DNA from: Verrucomicrobia bacterium UBA1731
Lineage (GTDB): Bacteria > Verrucomicrobiota > Kiritimatiellia > RFP12 > UBA1067
NCBI GenBank assembly: GCA_002317575.1
Contig: DCIH01000081.1
Coordinates: forward strand, 1 to 32,313
Reading direction: 5' to 3'
DNA: 32,313 nucleotides
Positions within the stretch are counted from its first letter, which is position 1. Every line of letters starts with the position of its first letter. This document shows, piece after piece, positions 9,717 to 19,300 of this stretch. A program made the translations under genes and the position numbers. The notes under the pieces were generated by a model that was not told where the DNA came from, ran no database searches, and saw only the letters and a list, made by a program, of their open reading frames with translations.

Positions 9717-10075
9717 TGAAGCGGTGCGTTCTCGGGCTTTCGCTTTGCTGCCTTTTCGCCGGCTGCGCCTGGCGCACGCAAATCGAACGCGGCGTCGTTT
9801 CCACGAGCGCGATCGATTTCGGCAAGCGCTATGAAGTCGACACCTCCAAGAAGATTTCCGGCGCGGACCGCGCGCACGGCGTCTGGCTCATCCCGCTCGG
9901 TTCGCCCGACGCGGATCTGGCCGTCCAGAAGACGCTCGCCGACGCGAACAAGAAGTCCGCGCGCAAGATCGTGGGCATCGCCAACACCGAGGTCAAGTTC
10001 CGGCTTCTGTGGCTGTACCTGTACAGCCAGCGCTGGTACTCGGTCGAAGGCAACCCGATCTACGAAGCGAAGTGA
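9716..10075 (+). CDS. small lipoprotein (119 aa), paralog of the previous gene
   Basis: ATG 9716 overlaps the upstream TGA (TGATG) and is preceded by GAAGGAGG (9701-9708). The N-terminus MKRCVLGLSLCCLFAGC carries the same FAGC lipobox, and the C-terminal motif is EGNPI. It is in frame with the C-terminal end of the spurious ORF 8021..10075. Confidence 0.75.
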   Translation: MKRCVLGLSLCCLFAGCAWRTQIERGVVSTSAIDFGKRYEVDTSKKISGADRAHGVWLIPLGSPDADLAVQKTLADANKKSARKIVGIANTEVKFRLLWLYLYSQRWYSVEGNPIYEAK

Positions 10076-10093
10076 GCCGGCTTCGGGCCGTGC

Positions 10094-10114
10094 GGCGGCC
10101 GCGGCGCGGCCGCC
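10094..10114 (+). terminator. GC-rich hairpin after the operon stop, possible terminator without a U-tract
   Basis: ggcggccg(cggcg)cggccgcc begins 19 nt after stop 10075. No T-run follows. Confidence 0.2.
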
Positions 10115-10133
10115 CTACCTGGGCGTGGACGCC

Positions 10134-10249
10134 AATCCGCAGTTCGGGACGAACTGCTCTACGGGGTGGGACGTCGAGGAGGGCGCTAATCCGCAGTTCG
10201 GGACGAACTGCTCTACGGGGCGGGGCGTATCTTGTGATATAATCCGCCC
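10134..10249 (+). repeat. 54-bp tandem repeat (2 full copies plus a 7-bp third start), each full copy carrying the 19-bp palindrome GCAGTTCG-GGA-CGAACTGC
   Basis: aatccgcagttcgggacgaactgctctacgggg occurs identically at 10134-10166 and 10188-10220. aatccgc recurs at 10242, exactly 54 bp further on. The palindromes are at 10139-10157 and 10193-10211. I did not find this palindrome elsewhere in the window. Confidence 0.85.
10235..10243 (+). promoter_or_regulatory. extended -10 element TGaTATAAT placed for a leaderless transcript of the FAD oxidoreductase gene
   Basis: tgatataat is at 10235-10243. The A of ATG 10250 lies exactly 7 nt after the last T of the hexamer. There is no SD and no -35-like hexamer. 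Confidence 0.35.
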
Positions 10250-13126
10250 ATGAAAAGAACTCGTGCGGCGGTTTTTGGCGGCGTCTGGTGTGCTTTGGTT
10301 TCGTGCTCCGTTTCGGCGGCGGATGTCGTGTGGGATGTGATCGTGGCGGGCGGATCCGTGGCGGGCGTCGCCGCCGCGGAGAGCGCCGCGGCCGCCGGCG
10401 CAAAGACGATTCTCTTCGAGTCGCGTCCGTATCTCGGCTGGGACCTCGCCGGCACGCTGCGCCTCCGCGCGGAAGCGCACCAGGACTGGCCGCCGAGCGA
10501 CAGGTTCGAGACGAAGCTCGCGCGCGCCATCCACGAGGCGCCCGGCGACCTCGGCGTGGTGACGCCGCTTCGCCTGAAGCAGATCTGCGACCGCCGTCTT
10601 CTGAACGCGAAGATTCCGTTCCGCACCTGGACGACGCCGTGCGATGTCGTCTTCGACGCGTCGGGGAATTTCGCGGGCGTCGTGACGGCGACGCGCGGCG
10701 GTCTCGAGATCGTGCGTGGCAAGACGCTCGTGGATGCGACGGGCCGCGCGGTGCTCGCGCGGCGCGCGGGCGCTTTGGTCACGCCGGCGGAGCGGCGTGA
10801 CCCCCTTGTGGGGACGTCCACCACGGACTCTGGCAGGCGCTCTGACACGGGCTCCGACAGGGGTTTTGACATGGACTCTGACACGGGCTCTGACAGGGGT
10901 TTTGACATGGACTCTGACACGGGCTCCGACAGGGGGGCACGCCGCTCCGCCGGCGTGCCCGAGGCGCCCCTCGTGTGCACGCGGGGCATTGTCGACGGCG
11001 AGAAGCCCGCGTTCCGCGAGGCGAAGATTTCCTTCGCCGATGGCGCGGACGACTCCGCGCGCGCCTGGGCGCGCCGCGAACAGGAGGCGCGCGACGCCAC
11101 CTGGACCTCGAACACGCTCGACGCCGCCGACATGCTGCTGCCCGTCGTCGCGGGGGGTGACGCGACGAGGACGTCGCGTCTACGGGGTGAGCCCGCGCCG
11201 CGCGTGCGCGCGCCGTGGCTCCTTTCCGCCGCGCAGTCGGTGAACGACTGCGTCGCGGCCGGCCGCGCGGCCGGCGCCGCGAGCGCCGCCGAGGCGCGCG
11301 CGCTCCCCGTGCCCGGCGCGCCCGTCGAACGCACGATTTCCGAGCTGCCGATTCTGGCGACGTGCGACGTGTTCGTCGCCGGCGCGGGCACCGCGGGCGC
11401 GCCCGCGGCGATCGCCGCCGCGCGCGCCGGGGCGAAGACGATCGTGGCCGACCCCCTGCACCGCATGGGCGGCGTGATGACGGACGGCCTTATCGACAGC
11501 TACTGCTTCGGGTTGCGCATCGGTTTCACGGCGGAGCTGGACAAGGGCGTCGACGCGCTGGGCGCGACGGTGCACGGCGTCGGCAAGGCGGAGTGGCTGC
11601 GCCGCGCCGCGCACGCGGCGGGCGCGGAAATCTGGTTCGGCGCCACGGTGGTGGGGCTCGTGCTCGAACGGAACGCGGTGCGCGGCGTGGTGGTGGCGTT
11701 CGCGGACGGCACCTTGGGCCGCGTGGCGGCGCGCTGCGCGATCGACGCGACGGGCAACGCCGACCTGGCGGCGATGGCGGGCGAGGAGACGGCGTTCATC
11801 ACGGCGGACGAGTTGTCCGTGCAGGGCGCGGGCTCCACCGCGAAGCTCCTCGGGCGCACCTACATGAACACGGACTGCGGCTTCGTGGACGACACGGACG
11901 CGCTCGACCTCATGCACTTCACGCTGCGCGTCCGGCAATCGACGGGCGCGTGGGCGTGGGACCAGTCGCAGGTCGTCAACTCGCGCGAGCGGCGGCGGCT
12001 GCACGGCGTCGCCTACGTGACGCCGCAGGACGTGATGCTCGGGCGCACGTATCCGGACGTGATCGCCAGGACGCGTTCCAACTTCGACACGCACGGACAG
12101 ACCGTGGGCGCGCAGTTCTTCATTGAAACGCCGCACGCGCCCCAGCCGCTCACGGTGAATCTGCCGTACCGTTGTTTCCTGCCCAAGCGCACGGACGGGC
12201 TGCTCGTGACGGGCCTCGGCATGAGCGCGCACCGCGACGCGATGCCGGTGCTGCGCATGCAGCCGGACGTGCAGAACCAGGGCTACGTCGCCGGCTGGGC
12301 GGCGGCGATGGCGTGCAAGGACGGCGTGGCCGTCAGGAACGTCGACGTCCGCAAGCTGCAGAAGCACTTGATCGAGAAGGGCATCGTGGACGAATCCGTC
12401 CTCACGATGAAAGACAACCTGCCGCTCGCGGACGGCGCGCTCGCGGCGGCGGCGAAAAAGATGGCCGAAGGCGGCTACGCGGGGCTTGCCGAGCTCCTCA
12501 CGGATCCCGCGCGCGCGAAGCCGCTTCTGAAGGCGACGCCCGGGTTGCCGGCGGCGCACGTCCTCGCGCTCCTCGGGGACGGCGCGCGCGCGGCGGAAGT
12601 CGCCGCGGCCGTGTCCACGAACACGTGGGACGCGGGCTGGAACTACCGCGGCATGGACCAGTTCGGGCGCAGCGTGAGCTGGGTGGACAGCTACCTCATC
12701 GCGCTCGGCAAGGCGAAGGCGAAATGCGCGCTGGAGCCGCTGCTCGCGAAGATGGCGGCGCTCACGCCCGCGTCCGAATACTCGCATTTCCGCGCGGTGG
12801 CGCTGTGCGCCGAAGGCGTGGGCGACAAGGCGGCCGTGCCCGCGCTGGCGAAGCTGCTCGCGCTCCCGGGCGTTGGCGGGCACGCGCAGCGTCCCGTGGC
12901 GGAGGCGGGCGTCGTGCCGATTCCCGAGTACGCGTTCTGGGAAAGCGGCAACCGCGGCATCGCGGACCGCGAGCGGAGCGACTGTCTGCGCGAGCTGTGC
13001 CTCGCGCGCGCACTGTACAACCTGGGCGACGACGCCGCGCACGCGGGCGAGAAGACGCTCCGCGCCTACGCGGAAGATCCGCGTCGCGCCTACGCCAACC
13101 ACGCCAAGCAGGTGCTGACGAAGTAG
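10250..13126 (+). CDS. exported FAD-dependent oxidoreductase (FAD_oxidored/GIDA-like) with a duplicated partial N-terminal FAD module, a repeat linker and C-terminal HEAT-like repeats (958 aa)
   Basis: The signal-like N-terminus is MKRTRAAVFGGVWCALVSCSVSA. There are two dinucleotide-binding motifs: DVIVAGGSVAGVAAAESAAAAGAKT and DVFVAGAGTAGAPAAIAAARAGAKT. There are two DATG motifs: LVDATGRAVLARRAGA and AIDATGNADLAAMAGE. The C-terminal segments AVPALAKLLALPG and CAEGVGDKAA are HEAT/PBS-lyase-like. Confidence 0.8.
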   Translation: MKRTRAAVFGGVWCALVSCSVSAADVVWDVIVAGGSVAGVAAAESAAAAGAKTILFESRPYLGWDLAGTLRLRAEAHQDWPPSDRFETKLARAIHEAPGDLGVVTPLRLKQICDRRLLNAKIPFRTWTTPCDVVFDASGNFAGVVTATRGGLEIVRGKTLVDATGRAVLARRAGALVTPAERRDPLVGTSTTDSGRRSDTGSDRGFDMDSDTGSDRGFDMDSDTGSDRGARRSAGVPEAPLVCTRGIVDGEKPAFREAKISFADGADDSARAWARREQEARDATWTSNTLDAADMLLPVVAGGDATRTSRLRGEPAPRVRAPWLLSAAQSVNDCVAAGRAAGAASAAEARALPVPGAPVERTISELPILATCDVFVAGAGTAGAPAAIAAARAGAKTIVADPLHRMGGVMTDGLIDSYCFGLRIGFTAELDKGVDALGATVHGVGKAEWLRRAAHAAGAEIWFGATVVGLVLERNAVRGVVVAFADGTLGRVAARCAIDATGNADLAAMAGEETAFITADELSVQGAGSTAKLLGRTYMNTDCGFVDDTDALDLMHFTLRVRQSTGAWAWDQSQVVNSRERRRLHGVAYVTPQDVMLGRTYPDVIARTRSNFDTHGQTVGAQFFIETPHAPQPLTVNLPYRCFLPKRTDGLLVTGLGMSAHRDAMPVLRMQPDVQNQGYVAGWAAAMACKDGVAVRNVDVRKLQKHLIEKGIVDESVLTMKDNLPLADGALAAAAKKMAEGGYAGLAELLTDPARAKPLLKATPGLPAAHVLALLGDGARAAEVAAAVSTNTWDAGWNYRGMDQFGRSVSWVDSYLIALGKAKAKCALEPLLAKMAALTPASEYSHFRAVALCAEGVGDKAAVPALAKLLALPGVGGHAQRPVAEAGVVPIPEYAFWESGNRGIADRERSDCLRELCLARALYNLGDDAAHAGEKTLRAYAEDPRRAYANHAKQVLTK
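10841..10935 (+). repeat. in-frame 36-bp tandem repeat, about 2.6 copies, encoding (DTGSDRGFDMDS)n inside the oxidoreductase gene
   Basis: tctgacacgggctc[c/t]gacaggggttttgacatggac occurs at 10841-10876 and 10877-10912, with a partial third copy at 10913-10935. The full copies differ by a single C/T. Confidence 0.9.
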
Positions 13127-13181
13127 GTTGAAGGTTGAAGGTTGTGCGAAGCGTGCGTACGCGGGCGCGTTCTGACAGGAT

Positions 13182-13225
13182 AAGCGGCGCCCTCGCCGCT
13201 TCCAGATAGCGGCGTGCCGTTTTTC
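13182..13225 (+). terminator. hairpin aagcggcg(ccct)cgccgctt with a distal T-run, a weak terminator candidate after the oxidoreductase gene
   Basis: An 8-bp stem spans 13182-13189 and 13194-13201 with a CCCT loop. The TTTTT run at 13220-13224 is not adjacent to the stem. Confidence 0.3.
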
Positions 13226-13243
13226 AAATTTCCGCGAAATCCG

Positions 13244-13272
13244 TTGTTTTTACGCTTAAATTTTGGTAATAT
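13244..13272 (+). promoter_or_regulatory. sigma70-like promoter candidate for the giant gene: -35 TTGTTT, 17-nt spacer, extended -10 TGgTAATAT
   Basis: ttgttt is at 13244-13249 and tggtaatat at 13264-13272, in an AT-rich spacer with upstream T/A runs. It lies about 44 nt upstream of ATG 13316. Confidence 0.4.
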
Positions 13273-13315
13273 ATCCATCGGTGGAAACCATCAGTTTTCC
13301 GCCGACATACCCTTT

Positions 13316-16300
13316 ATGATCAAGACAACTGGACAGCTGTTGTCTCTCTACGCGCGCGTGAGCGCACGCGTAGTGGGGCTTTTTTCGCGCGCGCGCGGAA
13401 GCGCGCTCGCGCTCGCGACGCTGGCGCTCGCGCTCTTCGCGCCGACTGCGGCGCGGGCGGATCAGTACACGTACGCCGCCACGGTGATGAGTTCCGAGTG
13501 GGTGAAGATCCAGGACAACGTCACCGACATCACGCGCGTCACGCCCGTTTCCGCCATCACGGTTGGCGGCGCGCTCGGCGTGTACACGGCCTATCCGTAC
13601 TATGTGAAGGTCAACGGCAACCAGATGACCTTCCAGATCCAGGTCGAGACCGACTGGCTCAAATGCATGGGCATGGCGTTCAAGGTCGAAGGCGACAAGC
13701 TCTACGCCCGCCAGACCTACGCCCGCTACACCACGAAGACGACGGCGGGCACGGTGGATTTCGACACGGCCTCCGTTTCGCAGGGCACCATCGGCACGGG
13801 CGGCTACGGCATCCAGTCGATCACGTTCGACTACGTGGCGCTCGTCGAAGCGGTGCCCGCGGAATACCAGCGGCTGCAGTACCTCAAGTCCTCCGGCACG
13901 CAGTACGTCGACACGGGCGTCGCGGTGAAGAACACGATTTCCGTCGAGGCGAAGATCCTGAACGTGAAGAACGACGCGTCCATGCACATGGTCGGCGCGC
14001 GCACCGCGTTCCAGAACCAGGCCATCGGCCTCTCGTTCCAGATTGAAAGCGGCAACCAGGGCTACGCCGCCGCGTACGGCACCGAGGTCGCGTACTCGAT
14101 GCTCGGCAACGACCTCGTCGGCGGCGTGTCGGACGGCTGGCACGTGTTCAAGATCGGCGCCACGGCGAAGGTGGACGACGCGACGAAGCACGCCTTCACC
14201 GCGCAGACGTTCTCCTCGGACAAGAACATCTACGCCTTCACCGTGAACAACGGCGGCACGCCGCACGCGCAGATGGCGTCCATCTCGATCGCGTGGCTGC
14301 TGATCAAGGACGGCGAGTCCATCGAGCGGTATCTGCTGCCGGTGCGCCGCCTTTCGGACGACGAACTCGGCTTCTACGACACGGTGAACGACGTCTGGTA
14401 CCCGAACGCTGGCACGGGCGTGTTCGAGGCGGGTCCCGCGTACGTGGACCTCCACACGTATCCCGCCGAATGGATCGAGAACACGTACGATTCCTACTTC
14501 GTGACGGACTACTGCCCCGGTCCCGACACGCGCACCGACGCGAAGTTCATCCCCTACAACGGGCTCGGTCCGGTCAGCGAATGGACATCCTCCGGCCAGT
14601 CCGTGTCCTCGCGCTACGGCACGCTCTGGGGCACGCGCCCCGGCACCACGGACTACCGCTGCTACCAGATCAGCACCTACTCCACCATCGCCGACTACGC
14701 GAGCTACCGCGGCGGCAGCGGCGACACGCTCCAGTTCGACTTCCACATGACGCGCGGCGAGGTGACCGAGTTCCGCGAGACGGACACGGAAATCGTCGTG
14801 AACGGCGTCACCGTCGCCACGGGCGTCACCCGCTCCGGCGCCACCGACGTGCCGATCGCCATCTTCGCGATCAACAACAACGGCAGCATCGTCCAGCGCG
14901 GCAAGTACCGTCTCTTCCACCTGCGCTTCTGGGAGAAGGGCAAGCTCGTGCGTTCCTACGTGCCGTACGTGAAGAACGACGTCGTGGGCCTCTTCGAAGA
15001 ATGCACGGGCACGTTCCTCGCGCCGCGCGGCACGGGCACCGTCTCGTCCGGTCCGGTCGCCGCGTACGACGACGACGCGCTCGAGGTCGAAGCGCCCGCG
15101 TCCACCTCGGTCGGCGCGCCGTCCCCGGCGTACGGGCGCCGCCAGCCGCTCGCGCAAGGCGACGCGTTCGACTGCACGTTCCCCGCGTTCGAGACGAACG
15201 GCTTCCGCTACGTCGCCACGGGCTGGACGCTCTACACGAATTCGGCCGCCGGCGGCATGCATGCGTGGAAATCGGGCACGGGCGACACGTGCGCCTACGT
15301 CCACCCCGGCCGCTTCGCGAAGCTGCGGTGGGATGTCGCGATCGCCGCCGCGCCCGTCGCGTCGCCCGTCGCGCCCACGAACCTCTACGAACGAATCGAA
15401 TACGTGGAGTCCACCGGCTCGCAGTACGTGAAGTCCGGCTACTGCGCCAAGATGTGGACGGAAACGCGCGTCGGCTACCAGTTCCTGGGCGCGCCGGTGG
15501 CGTACGGCAACATCGTCGCCTCGCGCGCCAGCAACAACAGCGCCTACTTGTACGCCGCGGCGCGCGTCTCGAACGTCACGCCCACGTCGCACGAGCACTA
15601 CTACGGCAATGTCAACATCGCGCGTAGCTATGCCGCCGGTCAAACCACCTACCACGAAACCGTGTTCAACGACCCGCTCCACCGTCTGTACGAAGACGGC
15701 TTCTACCTCGGCGCGTGGGCGCACGGCAGCTTCAGCGAGGCCGTGCCCGTCGAGCTCTTCATCTTCGCGCGCAACACGGGCAGCGGCGTGGAACAGCAGG
15801 CCCAGGCCCGCATCCACCACCTCGAGTTCTGGGAGTTCGGCGTGCCGGCCACGGCGTTCATTCCCGTCAAACGCCTTTCCGACGGCGCGGTGGGTTTCTA
15901 CGACGCGGCCCAGGGCGTCTTCTGGGGTGCGAGCGGCACGGGCGCGCTGATCGCCGGTCCCCACGCCGAGACGGCGGACGGCCTGCGCGTTTCGGGCACC
16001 GCGGGCATGCCCGCCGTCGCGGACCTCGCGCCCGCGGCCGGCGACACGTGGCACCACGCGCCCGGCGAAGCGATCGCGTGCACGTCCTTCGCGGCGGCCG
16101 CCGCGGACGGTTTCCTGTACGCGTGCAACGGCTACGTCGTCTACACGAATGACCTCGCCGGCGCGCGCCACCCGTGGCTCGCGGGCAGCGAGCTTTCCGT
16201 CGCCTTCGCGCATCCCGGCTCTTTCACCACCGTCGAATGGCAGTGGGAGAAGAAGGCGCCGGGCATGCCGTGGTCCTCGGCGTCGTACGTGCAGGACGGC

Positions 16301-19300
16301 CTCCTGGCGCACTGGGACGGCATCGAAAACGTCGCCCCGTTCACGCACGCCGACGCCACCGCGAGCTGGGTGGACCTCGTGGGCGGCCGCGCATTCGCGC
16401 TCACGGCCGCCACCGTGGGCGACAAGGGGCTGACCTTCGCCGGCAACGTATCCTCTTTCGGATACCTCTCGCCCGCGGACACGGCCGCGGTCTTCGACGC
16501 GCCCCTCGAACCGACGGTCGAACTCGTCTACCGCTACGCCGGTGGCACCGCCAACGGCATCCCGCTGATGTCGTCGTCGAAGTCCGGCATCGCGCTGGGC
16601 GTGCACAATTCGGGCCAGAACGTCATCCTGTCCAACACCCGCAACGGCATCGCGCCGTATTTCACCAGCGGAACGGCCGTCCGCACCGTCGCCACGCACT
16701 ACAGTTCCCGCAAGGCCGTCGCGGCGTGGGGCGACGGCGCGCAGTTCACCTCGTTCAACGCCGAGAACAACTGGAGCTACGCCGACACCGCCACGTGGAT
16801 CGGCAAACGCAACTACGACAACGCGCCGTTCAAGGGCGACGTGATGGCCCTGCGCGTGTACAACCGCCATCTGTCCGCGGCGGAGATCGTTCACAACAAA
16901 CTTGTCGACGACTACCGCTTCCGCGGCGTCTCGTATGCGGACGTGGTGGACGTCGCCGGCGAACCGGGGCGGTACGGCGAGTCGTCGCCCGACTACGGCA
17001 TCCACGCGGGCTACGCGTCGGGCGCGGAGGTGTCGGCGTCGTTGACGTCCGGCACCGTCACGGCGGGCGACGTGACCGCGACGTGCACGGGCTACGTCGT
17101 GTACACCAACGCGCCCAACACGGATGCGTGGACGCCGTGGCTCAGCGGTTCGGGCACGTCCGTCTCGTTCAACCACCCGGGCGTCGCCGTGCGCCTCGTG
17201 TGGCAGTGGCGCACGAGCGCCGCCGCGTCGCTTTCCTTCATCGGCTTTTCCGCCACGAACGTGGCGTCCGTGACCGTGTCCGCGCACGTCGGCGGCTGGG
17301 GCGACGCCGCGACGGCGTCGCTCAAGGCGGCGTGGGGCTTCGCGCCGGACGCGCTCGACTTCACCACGACGCTGCAGGAAACGGCCGTCGCCGGCACGGA
17401 CGTCCGCAAGACGCTCCAGCTGCCGCCCGGCGCCACCTGCTACGTGAAGCTCTTCCTCGAGGATTCGGACGGCGGCAAGACGTGGGTGACGACGGATCCC
17501 GAGGTCGTGACGCTGCCCGACGCGTACGCGCCGCTCCATCCCGACGCCTACAGCTACGTGGGCTCGAGCACGAATCTGTTCCACTGGGACGGCATCGACA
17601 ACGCGGGCACGGGCATCCACGACTCCTCCTCGACGATCTGGAAGGACCTTTCGGGCTGCGGCTACGACCTGCAGCTCACGCCGCGCGGCTCGTGGCGCGC
17701 GAACGCGATGGCCGTGGACGACTACTCCGCGCGGTACCTGGGCGGCAAGGGTCCGCTGTACCAGACGATCGAAGCGGTGTTCCGCACGACGTCCGCGCCG
17801 AACAACTGGGGCATGATCTTTACGGCCGAGCGCAAGCATTCGAGCCCGCACCACGTGATGACGGGCAACTACGGCCGCTACGCGTGGTTCTCCACGGCGA
17901 GCGCCGCCGAGCGCGCGCTCTATCTCGGCGACGACATCGCCGTGCCGCACGGCGTGGCCGCCACCTACAACGCCATCAGCGACAGCGCCGCGCCGGACGG
18001 CTTCTTCCTGGACGGCGCGCGCGTCGTCGAGCCGCCCGTGCTGTCCACCACGTTCAACAACGGCGACGGCTACATGGCCGTCGGCGCGCGCAAGCCAAAC
18101 GAGGGACTGTATTCGTTCTTCGGCGACGTGTACGCGATCCGCGCGTGGGGCGGGCGTCTCACGGACGTGGAACTCCTGGCGAACAACCGCATCGACCGCA
18201 TCCGCTTCTTCGGCGAAGAGCCGGCGGACGGCTTGGTGGTGACGGGCGATCCCGCCGTGTACGGCGCGGCGGCGCCGTGCGCGGGCCGCCACTACGGTCT
18301 TTCGGAAGGGGCGTCCTTCATCTGCTCGGCGGCGGCGAGCGTGTCCCTCGCGGGCGGCGCCACGGCGACGTGCCAGGGCTGGAACCTGTACACGAACGTC
18401 GCCGGCACGGCGGATTGGGCGCTCGCCGCGTCGGGCGCGGGCGCGACGTGCGCGTACGTGCACGGAAAGACGGCCGCGAAGCTCGAATGGCGCTACGCCG
18501 TGGAAGGTCCCGCGGGCGTGACGTTCCTGGGGCAGACGGCCACGAACCGCACCTCGGCGGCGTTCGTCACCTCGGTGAGCGGTTTCGGAACGGGCGTGAC
18601 GGCGGCGGATCTCGCGGTCGCGTGGGGCGTCACGTCCGGTGAATACGCCGTCACCTCGGTCGTGTGTTCCGCCGTCGCGGGCCAGGTGGCGACGAACCGC
18701 TACGAAGGCGTGCCGCCGGGCGCGGCCGTGGCGAAACTGCTCCTTCTGGACAAGACGACAGGCGCGGTGCTCGCCGAATCGGCCGAGTGCCGCATCGCCG
18801 CCCTGGACAACGCGGGCGCGCTGCGCGAGCCGTTCGTGGAGGTGAACGGCAACGCGTGGTTCGACACGGGCCACAAGCCCACCGTCCAGTCGCGCGTGGA
18901 GATCGACTATCGCTTCCTCCAGACGTACAAGCAGTACCGCGTCTTCGGCGTGGAGGCGGGCACGCTGTTCATGACCGTGTACCAGAACGGTTCCGGCTTC
19001 TGGGCGTACGCGCACCAGAACAATTCCGGCAACGGGATCGCCACCGCGACGTACACCGACGTGAAGCGCCACTTCCTCGTGTACGACATGAAGAATTCGG
19101 TCTTCTCGATCGACTACGGTTCCACGGCCTACGCGAGCCCGATGACCGGAACCGCTTCGCAGAACGCGAACAACACGCTGTATGTGTGCAAGGGCAACGG
19201 CGACTCCAACCCCGCGGCGCAGATGCGCGTGTACGATTTCAGGATCTACGAAAACGACGCGCTCGTGCAGCATCTCGTGCCGCGCGAGGTGGACGGCGAA

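Noticed and set aside
10134-10220. Two identical 33-bp direct repeats separated by 21 bp, considered as a possible mini-CRISPR array.
   Set aside because: There are only two full copies, the spacer is too short (21 bp) and is itself partly repeated, and no cas genes or leader are present. The unit is a 54-bp tandem duplication overlapping a promoter-like element.
13127-13145. The heptamer mini-repeat ggttgaa ggttgaa ggttg right after the oxidoreductase stop, with a loosely similar ttgaacgttgaagg at 32274-32287.
   Set aside because: It is too short and imperfect to support any element such as a terminal inverted or direct repeat of a mobile element. No transposase or target duplication is present.
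16174-18642. Long plus-strand alternative-frame ORFs inside real genes: 3368..4774, 4802..5734, 5735..6664, 6661..7776, 8021..9715, 12172..13131, 14293..15627, 16174..18642, 18664..20913, 24715..27417, 27472..28338 and 30391..31848.
   Set aside because: These are off-frame translations of GC-rich coding sequence. They are extremely Arg/Gly/Pro/Ala-rich, have no start context, and overlap frames that carry clear domain motifs.
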